Of a DNA stretch of 64,000 nucleotides, positions 14,284-28,737 are shown piece by piece. Position 1 is the stretch's first letter; each line of letters begins with the position of its first letter. The notes beneath the pieces were generated by a model. The model was not told the DNA's origin. It saw nothing but the letters and a program-made list of their open reading frames with translations, and did not search any database. Source of the stretch: Octopus vulgaris (Eukaryota); assembly GCA_951406725.2 (NCBI GenBank), contig OX597823.1, forward strand, positions 45,012,001-45,076,000. Reading direction: 5' to 3'. A program made the position numbers and the translations under genes.

Positions 14284-15045
14284 TATATATATATTGGGAA
14301 ACAATGTGTAGATATATATAGGTATGTATATTTATAAAATGGGATAGGATGCGTATGTATGTGTATATATATATAAATGTATAAATCTTCCCATGAGTGT
14401 ATTTGGTCTTAACTAAGCTGTAAGGTTTGTTATATTCTATCAGTAAATCTCCACTAAGTGTAGATAAATCATTAGAACAGACATATTTTAAACGTTAGCT
14501 AAATTTTACAAAACTAAATACTGTTAGCTGTTTAATTAGACACTTCATTGTTTATACTAGCCTCCAGGCAGTTTTATGCAAGTTCCTAAATGATACTTAT
14601 TCATTTGATTCCCACTTTGTGTCATTTTTCTAAGCCACTTTTTCCTTTGTATCCTTTATTCATCTAATAGTACTCACTCAGTAAATAATTTCTTTCATTA
14701 TTTTCTCACAGTATTAATCTTTCTTTTAATCAAACTCAAAGGCAATCCAATCTCTACATAGTCATTTAGTATGCTAGAAATAGCAGAAACTATGTATTGG
14801 GTATATCCTAAGGCCTATAACATAACAAACAACCATACCAACAAATTTACCACTGATATTTTTTCCTTTTTCAAAATATGCTGGTGGGGGAATTTCAAAT
14901 CCACCCCCATTCAACTTACTACTCAATAACTTGGAATCAAATTCATCCTAGCTCTAAAGATATCAGATTATTATGTTCAAATCATTCTCCAAATGTTCTA
15001 ACCTGAGCGCAAATAAATGAATCGTCATCGATTATTATTATTATT

Positions 15046-15253
15046 AAGGTAGTGAGGTGTCAGAATTATTAGTATACCAGGCAAAATATAGCATTTCATC
15101 TGTCCTTAAGTTCTAAGTTCAAATTCTGTTGAGGTCAAGTTTGCTTTCCATCCTTACAAGTTCAATAAAATAAGTATCAGTTGAACACTGAGGTCAATGT
15201 AATCGACTTATTCCCACTCCTGAAATTGCTGGCTTAGTGTCAAAATTTGAAAC

Positions 15254-15301
<48 letters not shown>

Positions 15302-15697
15302 GGCAGTGAGCTGGCAGAATCATTAGCATGCTGGGTAAAATACTAGTGGCATTTCGTCCATCTTTACATTCTGAGTTCAAATTCTATGGAGGTTGACTTA
15401 ATCTTTCGGAGTCGATGAAATATATACCAGTTATGCACTGGGGCTGATGTAATCAACTAGATGCTCCCATACCTATAGTAGAAAGGATTATTATTTGTGT
15501 TATCATTAAGGCAGCGAGTTGGCAGAATGCTTAGCAGCCATTCATCTGTCCTTACATTCTAATTTCAAATTCCACCAAGGTCATTTTTGCCTTTCATCTT
15601 TACAAGGTCAATAAAACAAGTACCAGTTGAACACTGGGGGGAGTCAATGTAATTAACTTATCCCCTCTCCCAAAAATGCTGGTCTGATGCCAAAATC
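15046..15697 (+). mobile_element. Three head-to-tail copies of SINE family B separated by (ATT)n
   Basis: Units start near 15046, 15300 and 15508, each aaggc(a/g)g(c/t)gagctggcagaat...gagttcaaattc..gaggtc.actttgcctttcatc..gataaaataagtaccagttgaacactgggg. Confidence 0.85.
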
Positions 15698-15958
15698 ATT
15701 ATTATATTATTATCATCATCATCATTATTATAATTACTTATTGTGACTTATGATTATAATAACTACAAATATGAATAATTTATAAATACAATCACAAAAA
15801 AAAAGTTGAGAGGTTTCTATCAAGGAAAATAATGGGCCAGACCATTATTGTATAAATTTTTTCTGTGTGCGTCTATGGGAATGTGTTAGGTACAAAAGTA
15901 TATATCACAGCAAGAATTGGAGTGTCTACTTGGTTAAAGTTGAACAAGTCACATTTAC

Positions 15959-16069
15959 AGTGTATGAATATATTTTTTTGTACAGTAAATATATTCTGTT
16001 GTATTTAAATTGTATGAATATATATTTTTTGTACAATAAATATATTCTGTTGTATTTGAAGTGTATGAA
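15959..16069 (+). repeat. Tandem duplication of about 51 bp
   Basis: tgtatgaatatatttttttgtaca(g/a)taaatatattctgttgtattt(a/g)aa twice plus a partial third start. Confidence 0.85.
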
Positions 16070-18252
16070 CACACACACACACACACACACAAGCATCTAG
16101 CTATGTGTGTGTGTGTGTACATTATATACAAATTGTGAGAAAAATCCTAAATGTTAAATTGTATTTATAATTCACCAGAAGAAAAGATTTCTTTTTTTTA
16201 CATGCTGTAACTGATTTCTTCAGACACACACATACACGTGTATGTGTGCAAGTACCCATGGAGGAGGAGGAATTTCTGAAATGTCTGATGGTCCAGTCTT
16301 CAACCTGTAATGTTTTCCATACATTACATATCTATATTAAAAAAAAAATCTCTTTATCATAAAGACCAACAGAAAAATGTCTGGAGGGTGTTTTTCTGCA
16401 AGCAATAATAATGAAAAGCAGCGGACAAAACACCATATGGTATCTGGTTATTTTCGCTATCTTTGCCAACTTCATTGCAATAATAATGTTTATAATCAAT
16501 AATAATATTCACTAAGGAACTTACCATCATACAACTAAATCCCTTCCCAACCTCCAACTTATTAATAACAATGGAGCAAAATTTTTTCGTATTTTTGCAC
16601 CATTTTTTAAATTATTTTTTATATTATTTTATTAAAGGAGAAATACTGATAATTGCTAATTTTGGAAATGGAGAGAAAAGTGATAAAATGTTAATTAAAA
16701 AATACACACACAATCCACATAGTCTTCTACTTCAAATCAACAATGATAGCAACACAAACAAGATAACACTGACAACAGAAACAACATTTACATAACCAAA
16801 GTCTGACACTTGACCCAAAGCAATAGCTTAGAACAGCATTAAGAAATGAGAGCAGATTTTGGTAATTCACACATATATAAGAAATACACACACTTATCAA
16901 TTTGCAATAGGCTCAGATAGAAATACTGCGCTCACTAAACAACAGCTAAATATGATAGGTAGTATGATGCTGCTTAGTTTCAGCTCACATTAGAAAGCAA
17001 TCTATAGAATGATGTACTAGGATCTACAACTACCCCAATTCACATCACAGATATTTGATTTGTTACCACAATGCCATAGGGTTGGTCAAGTGAATCATTG
17101 TTTCATGTTTAAATGAAGCCACCAAAGTGCCATGTCAAAATGTCTAATTGATTATATTTGTGCCATAGGTCTACTCTTGCAAAAGTGACTACAACTACTC
17201 AACAACATCAATCACCATCTAAATGGTTTTAGGGTAGCTTTCTCTTTGCATTGCTTTCATTGTTTTTAGACCTGTCTTATCTATAAGCATCTAAATTCAA
17301 ATAACTACATCTCATGACAAAGTAAGCAGACTGGTTTGAAATCAGGTCTGACACAGGAGGCAATAACAAATGGCAGTGTATGGCAGATATGTGAAATGCA
17401 AGGTCAACTAGAAAAGGTGGTTAAACTACAAAGGCAATACTAATGCAACTGCATGTATTCTTAATCAAACTCTACAACTCTATTCTTATATCTAAAGCTC
17501 TATGCCTAAATAAGAACTAAAGAACCCTTTAAGAAAACAAGAATGTTATAACTTCTAATTTTCTCTTTATGCCTTAAACATAAGGCTGCACACCTACATA
17601 CATCCTATATATTTATAATGAATGCTGTTTAACTCCAGCTCATCCCTGAACAAGCAAACTTGACATCTTAACACATCTTTTAAAGGATATCCATGACTAC
17701 ATAATGTAATGTGACCTTCCTAATTTTAAGACACAGCTGAAAAGATACTTGGCTGTGATTTCTAATAGGATGAATGATGGTTAAGTTGGTTATGTAGTAG
17801 AGTTAACTTCATTGGTTTCTTATAATGCTGTTGGCAGAAATGGTAGAGAACTAAATACTTTAAAGCATTTCATTATTCTTGTTTACATTACGAGTTGAAA
17901 TCTCAAATCTTTACTTTTTTAAAAGACTCAGAAGAATCTGAACTCAGAATCCTGCAGTGATTGACTTTTGCTTTTAACTCTCTAGGGTTCATAATGATAA
18001 AAGGAGATCAATTACATTAACCATACTCTCTTCTCTAAACTTTTTGGCATTGTACCAATGTAAGAAATCATCATTATTACTTGTTTGTTTACACAGCGCA
18101 GCTCCCAATTACAGGAAAAGGCAATATCTTTCCCTCAGGGCTGAATGAAAACTCCAGACAAAAAGCACTTCATAGATTTCTCATTCTTGATAATTGTTTG
18201 AGGTAAAACAGCAGCAGCTAAATGGTCATTATTACTGTTGTTGTTGTTATTG

Positions 18253-18410
18253 GTATGGCTGTGTGGTTAACAAGTTCACTTCACAACCATGTGGTTTGTG
18301 TTCAATCTTATTGTGCAGCACATTGGGCAAGTGTCTCCTACAGCAGTCCCAGGTCAGCCAAAGCCTTGAGAGTGGATTTGGTAAACAGAAATTGAAAGAT
18401 GTCCAACACA
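18253..18410 (+). mobile_element. SINE family A-type head/body
   Basis: tggctgtgtggtt...ttgggcaagtgtc...gagtggatttggtaaacagaaattgaaag. Confidence 0.7.
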
Positions 18411-21314
18411 GACACACACATATACATATATATTATAATATGTGTGCATGTGCATGTACACATGCATGTGTATGCATGTTTGTGGCTCTTCTTGACACTA
18501 CATGCTAATTGTGAACAAATGCCACTGTCATACAATCAGTGACAATCGTCTACAATCTTACATGAAAACATGCCCACCAGCTATGCTGCCCATGTTCAAA
18601 AGACTAAAGGAAATATTATCAAGCTTGAAAGCTGGTGAAGAGGGTTGGAGACAGAGAGAGCACCAGGCTATAGAAAATCTGCTTCAACAAATTTTATCTG
18701 GCATTAAAGCAATGATGATGATGGGGAATGATCGTTTCTAACACAAAGCCTAAAATCTGACTATTACTTTAATTTGGAAAATCCCTCACAGAGTGATGAC
18801 TGTGCCCGGCATGGTTACTAGCTGCCCTTTGGCAAAGCTTAGTGCCTGTGCACCTGTTCAGCCACTCTGCCAAGAGTACAGTGAAGTAATGGGGCTGCAG
18901 CATGGTGGATTGTAAAAAGGTAGTGGAACAGTTCAATTGAGTCAATGGTTCTTCTTACATGGATGTTGAGCAGAGGAATCCTAGAAGATCAATGGTCAGG
19001 ACCACCGAGTTCTATCAAGAGAGTAACTGCAACACACCAATAGGGGTGGTGCCCATGGTTGTGCAACCAGTTAATGAAAGATTCACTATGATTATGTTCC
19101 CAATCCAAATTCATAACAATGAAAGTGGGTGGGTGATAGAGAGTCAGGGTATCCACAAATGCATCATAAAAGAAGTTTAAAAAATTACCCAAAAAGAATC
19201 AGAGTCAAAGTTGACCTCAGTGTAATTTGAACTCAGAACAATAAGATCCACAGCTGAATACTGTAACACATTTTGTCTGGTGTCCTAAGGCTACTGTCAA
19301 TCAACCACTCTAATTCCTTCTAGCATATGCACAAGGTTTGAAATTTAGAAGAGGAGCTAGTTCATTTGTCTGACTCCATACTTGATTGATATTTATTTCA
19401 TCAACTCTGAAAATTTGAAAGCAAAGCTGACCTCTGTATGATTTGGATTCAGGACATAAAGAGCTAGGTCTAAACACCACAAGGCACTGCTCTAAGGATT
19501 CCCTCAATACATTATTCCCAGTGGTGGAAGGAGGGAGGAATTCATATATTGTTGCTGAACATTTCCAAATTTGATGATCAATATCTACCTTGAATGTAAT
19601 TAAAGGAAAGTACCAGTAATACATTAGAGTTAATTTTAATAACTATATTTATTAATTCTCTATGAACTGTCCAACCCATACCAGCATGGAAAACAGACAT
19701 TAAATGATGATGATGACTCTTCAATTAAGGATCTTAAAAATATCAATATTAGTTTCCTTCCTTTCAAAGTAATAAAGATTTCAAATATAAAAACTGTAAA
19801 AAAATCTAGAGCAAGAGAGAGGAACTCTGTGATGTGGCATTGGTAATGGTGGCAGCTTCCTGAGAGAAAAGTGGAGAGAAAGAGAAAAGGACATGACAAG
19901 AGCATGAAAAAACAAAAAAAAAAGAAGACAAAAAAAGAGAAGATAAAGAGAAACCATAGATGGATATGAGAGAGAGAGTAAGGGGCTCAAAAACGGAAGT
20001 AGAAAAAAAGACAAACAAGATAAAGGGGGAGAAATAAAATGAGTGATAAATAAACAACAGGAACTTATGTAAACAGCAATCAACATTAAGACAGAGAATA
20101 TTTCCCCTGCAGGTGATAAGTTTTGAAAATATATTAATGAAATATCAAGTAAATTGCTTTTGTAGTGGTAGCAGAAGGCAGTAGATGCCAGTAATAGTAG
20201 CAATGGTATTCACGGTGACTGAGATAGTGGTGCACTGATGGTTGTAGTTCTGACAATGGTAGTTAAAATAGTAGAAATAGCATTAGTTAAGATGATGTCA
20301 AAGGCAACAGTTGTGATGTGGCATTGGTTATAGTAGCAGTGGTGGTGGTTCTGGTGATGGTGCTGACCATGGTGGCAGCGGTATTATTTCTCTTACTGTT
20401 CATTGAGCAGCAACAAAGTTGATAGTGCCCGATGTTGAAAATATTGTTGCTCAAGTTGACGATGATGATGATCATAACAAACACGGATGCAGATGGGCTG
20501 TTCTTGTTAGTGCTAACATAACTGTTCTTTAATATAATATTGTTATATGTCCTTTAAGTGGTGGTGAAGAAGTAGTTGTTGGTAGTTAATGATTGCAGTG
20601 CAGTTTGAGCTTTGTATCTCCAAGGGATGTTCTAAAATTATATTAAATTCGAAGAAAAATGAAAATGAATATATTTCTTAACAACACTTAATTCTGTTTT
20701 CAATGTGGTGGTCACAGTAGTAATGGTGGCAGAGGTGGTGGATGTAGTTACATACAGTAGGAATAACCGATAAGAGGTGTTGGTGGTGATAGTAGCGATA
20801 AATATGGTGGTGGTGGTGGGGGTAATTTTTAATGCACAAATGAGTTGGTGGTGTGGTGGTGGCAGTGGTGTGGTTGCCAGTCTGGTTTTGGTGATAGTGA
20901 TGGTGTTGGAGGGATTACAGTCATAAGACTATTACTAAGACTAACATATTTTCACAAATTACAAAAGAAAAACAATCTTCCAGCAAAATTTTTATCTCAA
21001 ACACAAACATATCTACACATTATGTACACATACAAATACACACACACACACACAGTATATACATACATATATTCATTATGTTTGTTTTTATGTTCAGTTA
21101 AAATAAAAACAATTTTACATTAATCTGATGGGTTACTCCATGCTTTTTGTACAGTACATATTTAATATTCTTCTACAAGAATGTTGTTGACAGAGACTTT
21201 GAAGTTTCAGCTAGCTAGCCTATCCTCCAACAATGGTTTAGCAAGCTGAAACGCTGAAGTCACTGTCAACAACATTATTGTATAAGAATAATAGATATAA
21301 ATGCATACATATAA

Positions 21315-21357
<43 letters not shown>

Positions 21358-21494
21358 AATATATATATATATATATATATATGTACATATATTTATATGT
21401 AAGTGTATGTGTATATATACACACACATATATATACAAATGTATATATGTGAGTGTATATATATAAATATATACACACATATACAAACACATAT

Positions 21495-21555
<61 letters not shown>

Positions 21556-23138
21556 TAAATGGAACAAAAACACAATAGAGGGCATTAAAACATTCAGACA
21601 GATTAGATGACACAAATGCAGACAAGAGAAACAGCAATTAGGACAGGTAAAAAAGATGGGTTATTCCTGGCTTTCTTTTTTCAGTCAAGTACCAGAAGTC
21701 ACGACCATTTCGGACAGTTACACTTGAAATGGTTCAATCTGGTTGTCTACAAAAAAGTCTAAGCTAAGAGCATTAGACCTCTTTGTAAGAAAGCTAGTGA
21801 ATGTGTACGGCAACAAAGACAAAAAACAAACAAGCAAAAAACAAAGAATATGGTACAAAATTACGAATACAAACAAGAAATAACAACAGGCGTCTTTCGA
21901 CTGAGAGCGATTCAAATTGAGCTGGCGTGTATGGAGTGAAAGCCTAAAGGCAGGGACATAGGAGATGGACACAAGATGTGTCGATGGTCGGCAGTCAGGC
22001 CAAGAAAGAAAGATCATGGCTGCCTGGACACCGGTCATGTGGAAAGAGGAAAAATGGGTAGGACAGCAGGATTGAAGGATTAGAAAAAAATAAATGTATA
22101 AACACAAACACACACATACATTTATATATATATAATAAATCGCTGAGTAACATACACATATACATGCAAGCATAGAATATGTACGTTAAAACAATGATGA
22201 AGATAATTCATTCACACAAACACACATATATATCAAATATGTGGTTATAAAGGCTGAACTATGAATGTAACAAAAACACTTTCACACAGTTTCAAATATT
22301 GCAAAGGGGCACTTGTATGGTTTACTTGACCTCCAATAATCACTAAAGCTGCCTCAAATTACTCCCTGTAATTTTTATGAAGCAAGACAGATATATTGGA
22401 TATTGTTATTCTAGATATAATAACTAAAAAACCAATACAAAAGACAGAATGGTCATGGTTGGAATGCCATTAAAGTTGATATGAATATACAATTTACAAA
22501 CTACGCACAATTTTTAAGCACTTTACAAAACCACTCACACTACTTAAGACTATACACAATGTACAAACAGCATACATACATACACACACACAATATTTAT
22601 TTACAGACATTACACATAGCTACAGCTGTTCACAATTTGCACACACCACACTTACATCTACAGTTTAAAAGATATAACATGGGAAGCTCTATGTCTAGTG
22701 TTTCTCGAACTGCTTTAACTATCTCATTTTTCTTTTAAAAACACTTTTACAGACCCTCTTGGTAGGATATATTCCCCACCCATTTTTAATGTGAAGTTAT
22801 GTAATGTCAGGCGAGATTAATTATGCTCCTACAACTAATTTCAAAGTGGGTGACAACTTACGATATTATCATCCAATAATTCTACTATAAGCAAATATTT
22901 GATGAATTATTGTTTGACCTAACCTGCAGCAGGTATACATTCTTTGTGCCTCACATATGCTCCATAGCTATATCTTTATATTCTGAGTTACAGTTGTAGT
23001 TTCTTTGCTTACACACACTCATATTGATTTCTCTGCCCACACACAAGGTAACACATGTCTATACATTATATATCTATTATAAGGTTAACAGATGACAACC
23101 ACAGCTAAAATCAACACTATTTAAACATGTACATACGC

Positions 23139-23175
<37 letters not shown>

Positions 23176-23176
23176 C

Positions 23177-23358
23177 ATAAAGATAGTTATAGCCAGTCTA
23201 TGGAATTACCCTGGGTTTTATGTCCCTAAAGCTCTTAGCTTTACTCCATGTCTTCAGATCCTAATCCAGATTAGGGTCTGAAGAGATGCTGTAAAGTTAA
23301 GTGCTTTATGGATGTGGAACCAAGGGTACCCGCATAGACCAGCCATAACTACCTTTAT
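23177..23358. repeat. 182-bp foldback palindrome
   Basis: Two ungapped 90-nt arms, about 70/90 identical by hand count, 2-nt spacer (gatcctaatc-ca-gattagggtc). Confidence 0.9.
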
Positions 23359-23415
23359 CTAATTTCTGCTCTATAACTTAAAGCGGATTTCTCTTTCATA
23401 TTTATGATTTACTGA

Positions 23416-23452
<37 letters not shown>

Positions 23453-23453
<1 letters not shown>

Positions 23454-24027
23454 AGGGTGGCCCAAAAGCAGGTTTACAGTTATCATGTAGGCACTTTAAA
23501 TTTCTTTTAAAACATTTTACTACATTAAAATTTCTATCTTACAATCATATTGTTTATGCACATCTTAAACAGGCAATGTTTAATCTCTCAGATGTGCAAA
23601 ATGTCCTCCTTCAACATTGCAACATTATTCAAACCTCTTGAGAACACTCTGAAACACAGTGCAGCACAAATTTTAATCTCCATCAGTTTCAGTGAATGCA
23701 TCAGAAATGTAATCTTAATTCATTTACTGTTTTGGGATTCTTCTCATAAACCTTGTTCTTTACAATGCCCCACAAAAATGTAATATTTTGGTGTCAGGTC
23801 AGGTGAACATGATAGCCATTTGATGCTGCCCTATCTTCCAAACCAACGCTGTGGAAAGGCTTGGTTAAGGTAGTCTCTTACTGTCAACGCATACGAGCTT
23901 GACAAAATTAACTAAATTAGCATAGAATAATGGTTTCATATTTTTTTATAATTAAGATCTAAACTGTTAATATATGAATGTGAAAGATATAGTTGAATAA
24001 CTGTAAACCTTACTTTTGACCACCCTG
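23453..24027 (-). mobile_element. Internally deleted Tc1/mariner-superfamily transposon
   Basis: TIRs CAGGGTGGCCCAAAAGCAGGTTTACAGTT / AACTGTAAACCTTACTTTTGACCACCCTG|TA; transposase C-terminus VRDYLNQAFPQRWFGR..W..SPDLTP..FLWGIVKNKVY..EGGHFAHL. Confidence 0.9.
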
Positions 24028-24037
24028 TATGTATGTG

Positions 24038-24080
<43 letters not shown>

Positions 24081-26211
24081 CCAAATTGAGGGAGTGGAAT
24101 GGGTAAAATCCAGGCTGCATATATTTCTTAGCTAGCTGATCCTCTGATATAATAGTTACTCAATGAGGGGTGCTCAACTTAGCTAGTCATCAGGCTGAGA
24201 TTACCTTCACTGCATTTGTAGCAACTCTAGTTGCAAACCGTGAACTATAAAGAAACTATCAGCTTATTGAATTTCCTCGTAACTTTGATATGGGAGAAAG
24301 TGTGTAACATTCAATACCAATAAATTGTTATAGTTCCTGATTGTACACTGTCCACATTTTGTTCTTTATAACTGTCACAGGCTGCTTAAAGCTTACAAAC
24401 TTTCTACATTTGGATCCCTGGCTGTTACCCTTGTATGTTGATATATATATTCACATACAAGTCAGGATGTTTCCTAAAGGTACAAGTGCAGTGGTTGTCT
24501 TTATTGCATGTATGGAAATAATGACAACATTTTTTTGGCAATTTCTTTTAAATCATATTTTAGTTGTTTGTAATTTACATGCAATATGTTGTATATATTT
24601 GGGTTTGTTTTGGTTTGTTTATTTTTTTCATTTAATCATTCACATATTGAAGTCTATAATTATTTTTTATGCTGTCACTATTAGAAATGCTTGTGGCTGA
24701 CAAGCAGTTTATCACAATAATACATTAATTTTTTTTTAACGTTAATATTTAAATAGAAAACTAAAAAACATACTGTACAGATGCATATATCTCTTACAAT
24801 CCCCTTCATTCCAAGTATTTCTCTAAATTTTTCCTGGTACCACTATGGGATGACACTGCTTACTTAGGAAAGTACTAGTCTAGATGGCAACTTGACCTAC
24901 TGGTGATAGCAACCAAATCTCCCGTAAATCATATTTTAGAGGCACATGTTGAATGATGTAATCTTATAACAAATTTAAAAGACAGGCAGCACACATCCGG
25001 TATAATATATTCATCATGCTACTTCCAAACGCTGAGTGTTCTCTGCATTTATGACATTATTCATGCAAAAGAACGAAAAGAAAATGTTTTAGCTGTCAAC
25101 ACACTTATCAGCTTGATTTCATTAGCCCAGTTAACTAGAGTCTTGCCAAGCCAACAAGAAAACCTCTGAGTAATCATTCAATCAACTAGAAAGAACAGCT
25201 AAATCTACTACAAATCAGACTCTGCTATGCAATTGCTGATTTAGTAAAAATATATAGATGAATAAGAAAGTAGTTCTAAACACATTAGCATAAAATATCT
25301 TATTTCAAATGACAGTAGTGAGAGGGAAAAAAAACTAATTTTTCCAACAACAGCTTCCTTCACAAGTGCAAGAGAAATTTGGGGTCATAAAAAGATAAAA
25401 AGTTAGAATTGTAATCTTTAGAAGACTACTTAGAAAGAGATGGCTAAATTCTCAAGTTAACTATTTTTCAGTCATTTCAAACAAAAAATATAGGGAAGGA
25501 ACAGATGGGATAACTGGATGAGGAAATATAGGAAAGGGAGGTCTTAAGTCAACAATGTTTATAGCTCCAATGGTTAGTGGTGAGCTGGTTTGTATAAATA
25601 AATAAAATTGTTACAACCTTTAGCTGAAAGGAATTTATGGGACACTATACATAACTTACAGTGTATGCAAGTTATGTATACCATATTAGAATATTCACAC
25701 ATTGGTGTATAGGCTGGTATGTTATAAAATGTCTGTGTGTATATGCAGGCGATTTAGTGTATATGTTGAAAAAAAGAAATAACATGAAGAGTGTTAATAG
25801 TATTAAATAAACGCTTATCTGGCCATGACATGTAAAGCTGCACCATCCTGTTTGTCCTACATTGCATATCAAATATGTAGGGTAATGACGGTAGAGATTG
25901 GTAGGGTGGTTCTGTCTTAAGCAGCTCTGAGCTAAAAAAAAAAACTTAGACAAAAAGTAAAGTAAAGCCAACTGGATTCAAATAGAGAACAGAATTTACA
26001 AATTGAAACTGCATTGAGTCACTAAACTAGCTCCAACAAAGTATCGCCTACTCAACCTCCAATGTCCTCTTCTTCACAATATCCACTTTTTACATAGACT
26101 TGAAGACTTAAATAGAGACAAATGATCAAGTAAATATTGTACTGAACTGCATGCTCACAGGTTGTTTATTCAAAATCCACTCCTACTGCCATTTTTTATT
26201 TAATTTTTTTT

Positions 26212-26586
26212 ACTTTTTACTTGTTTCAGTCATTAGACTGTGGCCATGCTGGGACACTGCCTTTAGAAATTTTAGTCAAATGAATCAACCCCAGTACTTA
26301 TTTGCTTTTTAAACCTGATACTTATTCTATCAGCCAAATTGCTGAGTAACGGGGATGTAAACACACCAACACTAGTTGTCAAGTGATGGGGGACAAACAT
26401 ACACACACACACACACACACACACATGATAGGCTTCTCCCAGTTTCCGTTTACCAAATCCACTCACAAGGCTTTGGTTGGCCTGAGGCTGAAATAGAAAA
26501 CACTTGTCCAAGGTGCCAAAGTTGGAGTGAACCTGGAACCATGTTGTTGAGAAGTAAACTTCTTACCACACTGCCATGCCTGTGCC
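26212..26586 (-). mobile_element. SINE family A, full length
   Basis: Colinear with 61738-62190; internal (CA)n. Confidence 0.85.
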
Positions 26587-28526
26587 TATATTTATTTCAT
26601 TTTTGATTTTTTTTCTTTGGTGAAATGCTGGATTCTAAATTGCCTAAGATCACTTAACTTTAGAGAAAGATACCATATCATCCCTAGGAGACAATTTATC
26701 ATACTGGGCAATTACAGCTAAGTACCAGCTGTCAACAATCTCCTTGAGATGTAAGGGGATTTATCTACTTATGATGTAAGAAGGAATAATATGAAGTTGT
26801 GGTGTTCGGTCTTTGTCAAGGATATAAACAAGGTGGAATAGGTCTAACAAGAAAAACCTGAGTTACAGGTTGAATTTACATGATTTTGAATTTACATAAG
26901 AGTATATAGATTTGCTTTTGTGACATTCATAGGATTCTTGATGCCATTAACAGGGATTCTAAATAGGAATGAAAATGTTATCCTTGATGATGCGTTCCAA
27001 AACAATATCTCTATTCTGCTGGGTTCATAACGCTCTACAAAATAATAATCATTCCTGATTGAGGCACAAGGCTAGAAATATTGAGCAAAGGAGGTTTAGA
27101 CAAAACTATTGACCCCAGTACTTAGCTGGTATCTTATTTTATCCACCCTTAGAGAATGACTACCAAATAATAATGAAATATTTTCATAAGACATAAAATG
27201 ATTTCAGTAACAGGATTATTCTTGAAAAGTACTGTATAGTATGTTAATAATGCTTATTGTATTGACTCCAAAAAATGAGAAAAAGCAAGTTGACTTCATG
27301 TAAATTCTGACCTCAAAATGAGTCAGCAAAACAAAATGTTGTTTAGTCTATCTATTTATCATTTGCACAAAAGCTTCCTAAACTTTTCACATTAACCCAC
27401 TTCTTAAAAGTAAAATATTTTTCAACAAATTTTGTTAACAAAATTATTACTAAACAATTGAATATATTGCATGTCACCAGTCATGTGTCTAATTCTTTGC
27501 AGAGTTGATAGGTGTCAAATATATTTTACTACCAAATATTTGTAAAAATTTATCAGGCACATGTTGTCAGAAATTACTCAACGAAGGCAGTTGGTGACCT
27601 TTATGCAGTAAAACACAGGCATGCTCCTGAATTGAAGGCAAATCTATTTCTGCCTTTATGGCACATGAAAGAAACGGTGTTGTAGAAACATACACAGCAT
27701 GAGTAGCACAGCAGTACTATGTGTACCTTAAATACTGAGATTGAAAAGCAAGGGTGAATTATGCCTACCTAATCTACAAAAAAATAAAGCATTTTGCATT
27801 TTATGCATAGTAATAGGCTAACCTTGATAATTTTATTGAATTAGGGGCATATTTTGCCATGAGAGGAAAATGTTGCTAGCGATCTATTTTATTCAAGACA
27901 GGCACTGCCTACCTTCCTACTTGGGCAGCATATCCCTGGTGTGTGTGTGTGTATATATATATAAATATATATGTATACACATATCTATATACATATATTT
28001 GTATACATATCTATTCTTTGAAAGCCTAGTACTTATTTTATTGGTCTCTTTTGCCAAACCACAAAGTTACAGGGATGCAAACACACCGGCATCAGTTGTC
28101 AAGTGATGGTAGGGGAACAAACACAGACACACAAGCATATACATACATACATACACATATATATATACATATACATATACTTACATATATATATATATAT
28201 ATACATACATATGTATATATACATATACATACATACGTGCATATATATATATATATTTCTGTGAGAGTTAGAGGTTGGGAAGTCAACCAACTATGGGATA
28301 GCATGGAGGATGTTGTTGCCTCTTGGCAGAAACGGCTGTAAGGAACTGATCTTATAGTCTTTCCTGTAATATTAATTAATAAATGTGCGTGTAACACATA
28401 TTTACTACATGTGTACGTACTCTTCTACTACTTTCGAATACTTTTGAATAAATAGACACACTGGAATGTCTACAGCTGTACAGCTGATGTATGTCATTTT
28501 GTATCTTCTCCATTTTCTCATATTTG

Positions 28527-28555
<29 letters not shown>

Positions 28556-28559
<4 letters not shown>

Positions 28560-28737
28560 GAATTCACAAAAAAACAAAAGACAAAGACAGGTGGTGTAGA
28601 CAACAAACAGATGTATTAGTATAATGCTCGGGAAGTGAAAAAGTCTTTAATGTTTCGAGCCTACGCTCTTCCACAGAAAGGAACACAGAAAGAAACAAGG
28701 AGAGAAAATAAAGAACGTGTACTGGCTAGTGATCTAA
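28556..28737 (-). mobile_element. Short Penelope-like repeat with variant hammerhead motif
   Basis: Homologous to 54517-54748; abuts (TA)n; motif at 28645-28680. Confidence 0.7.

Noticed and set aside
22670-22735. Minus-strand NEIVKAVRET resembling STX6 exon 2 start
   Set aside because: No acceptor in the right phase and no downstream similarity (no W..ELRN..IEWDL).
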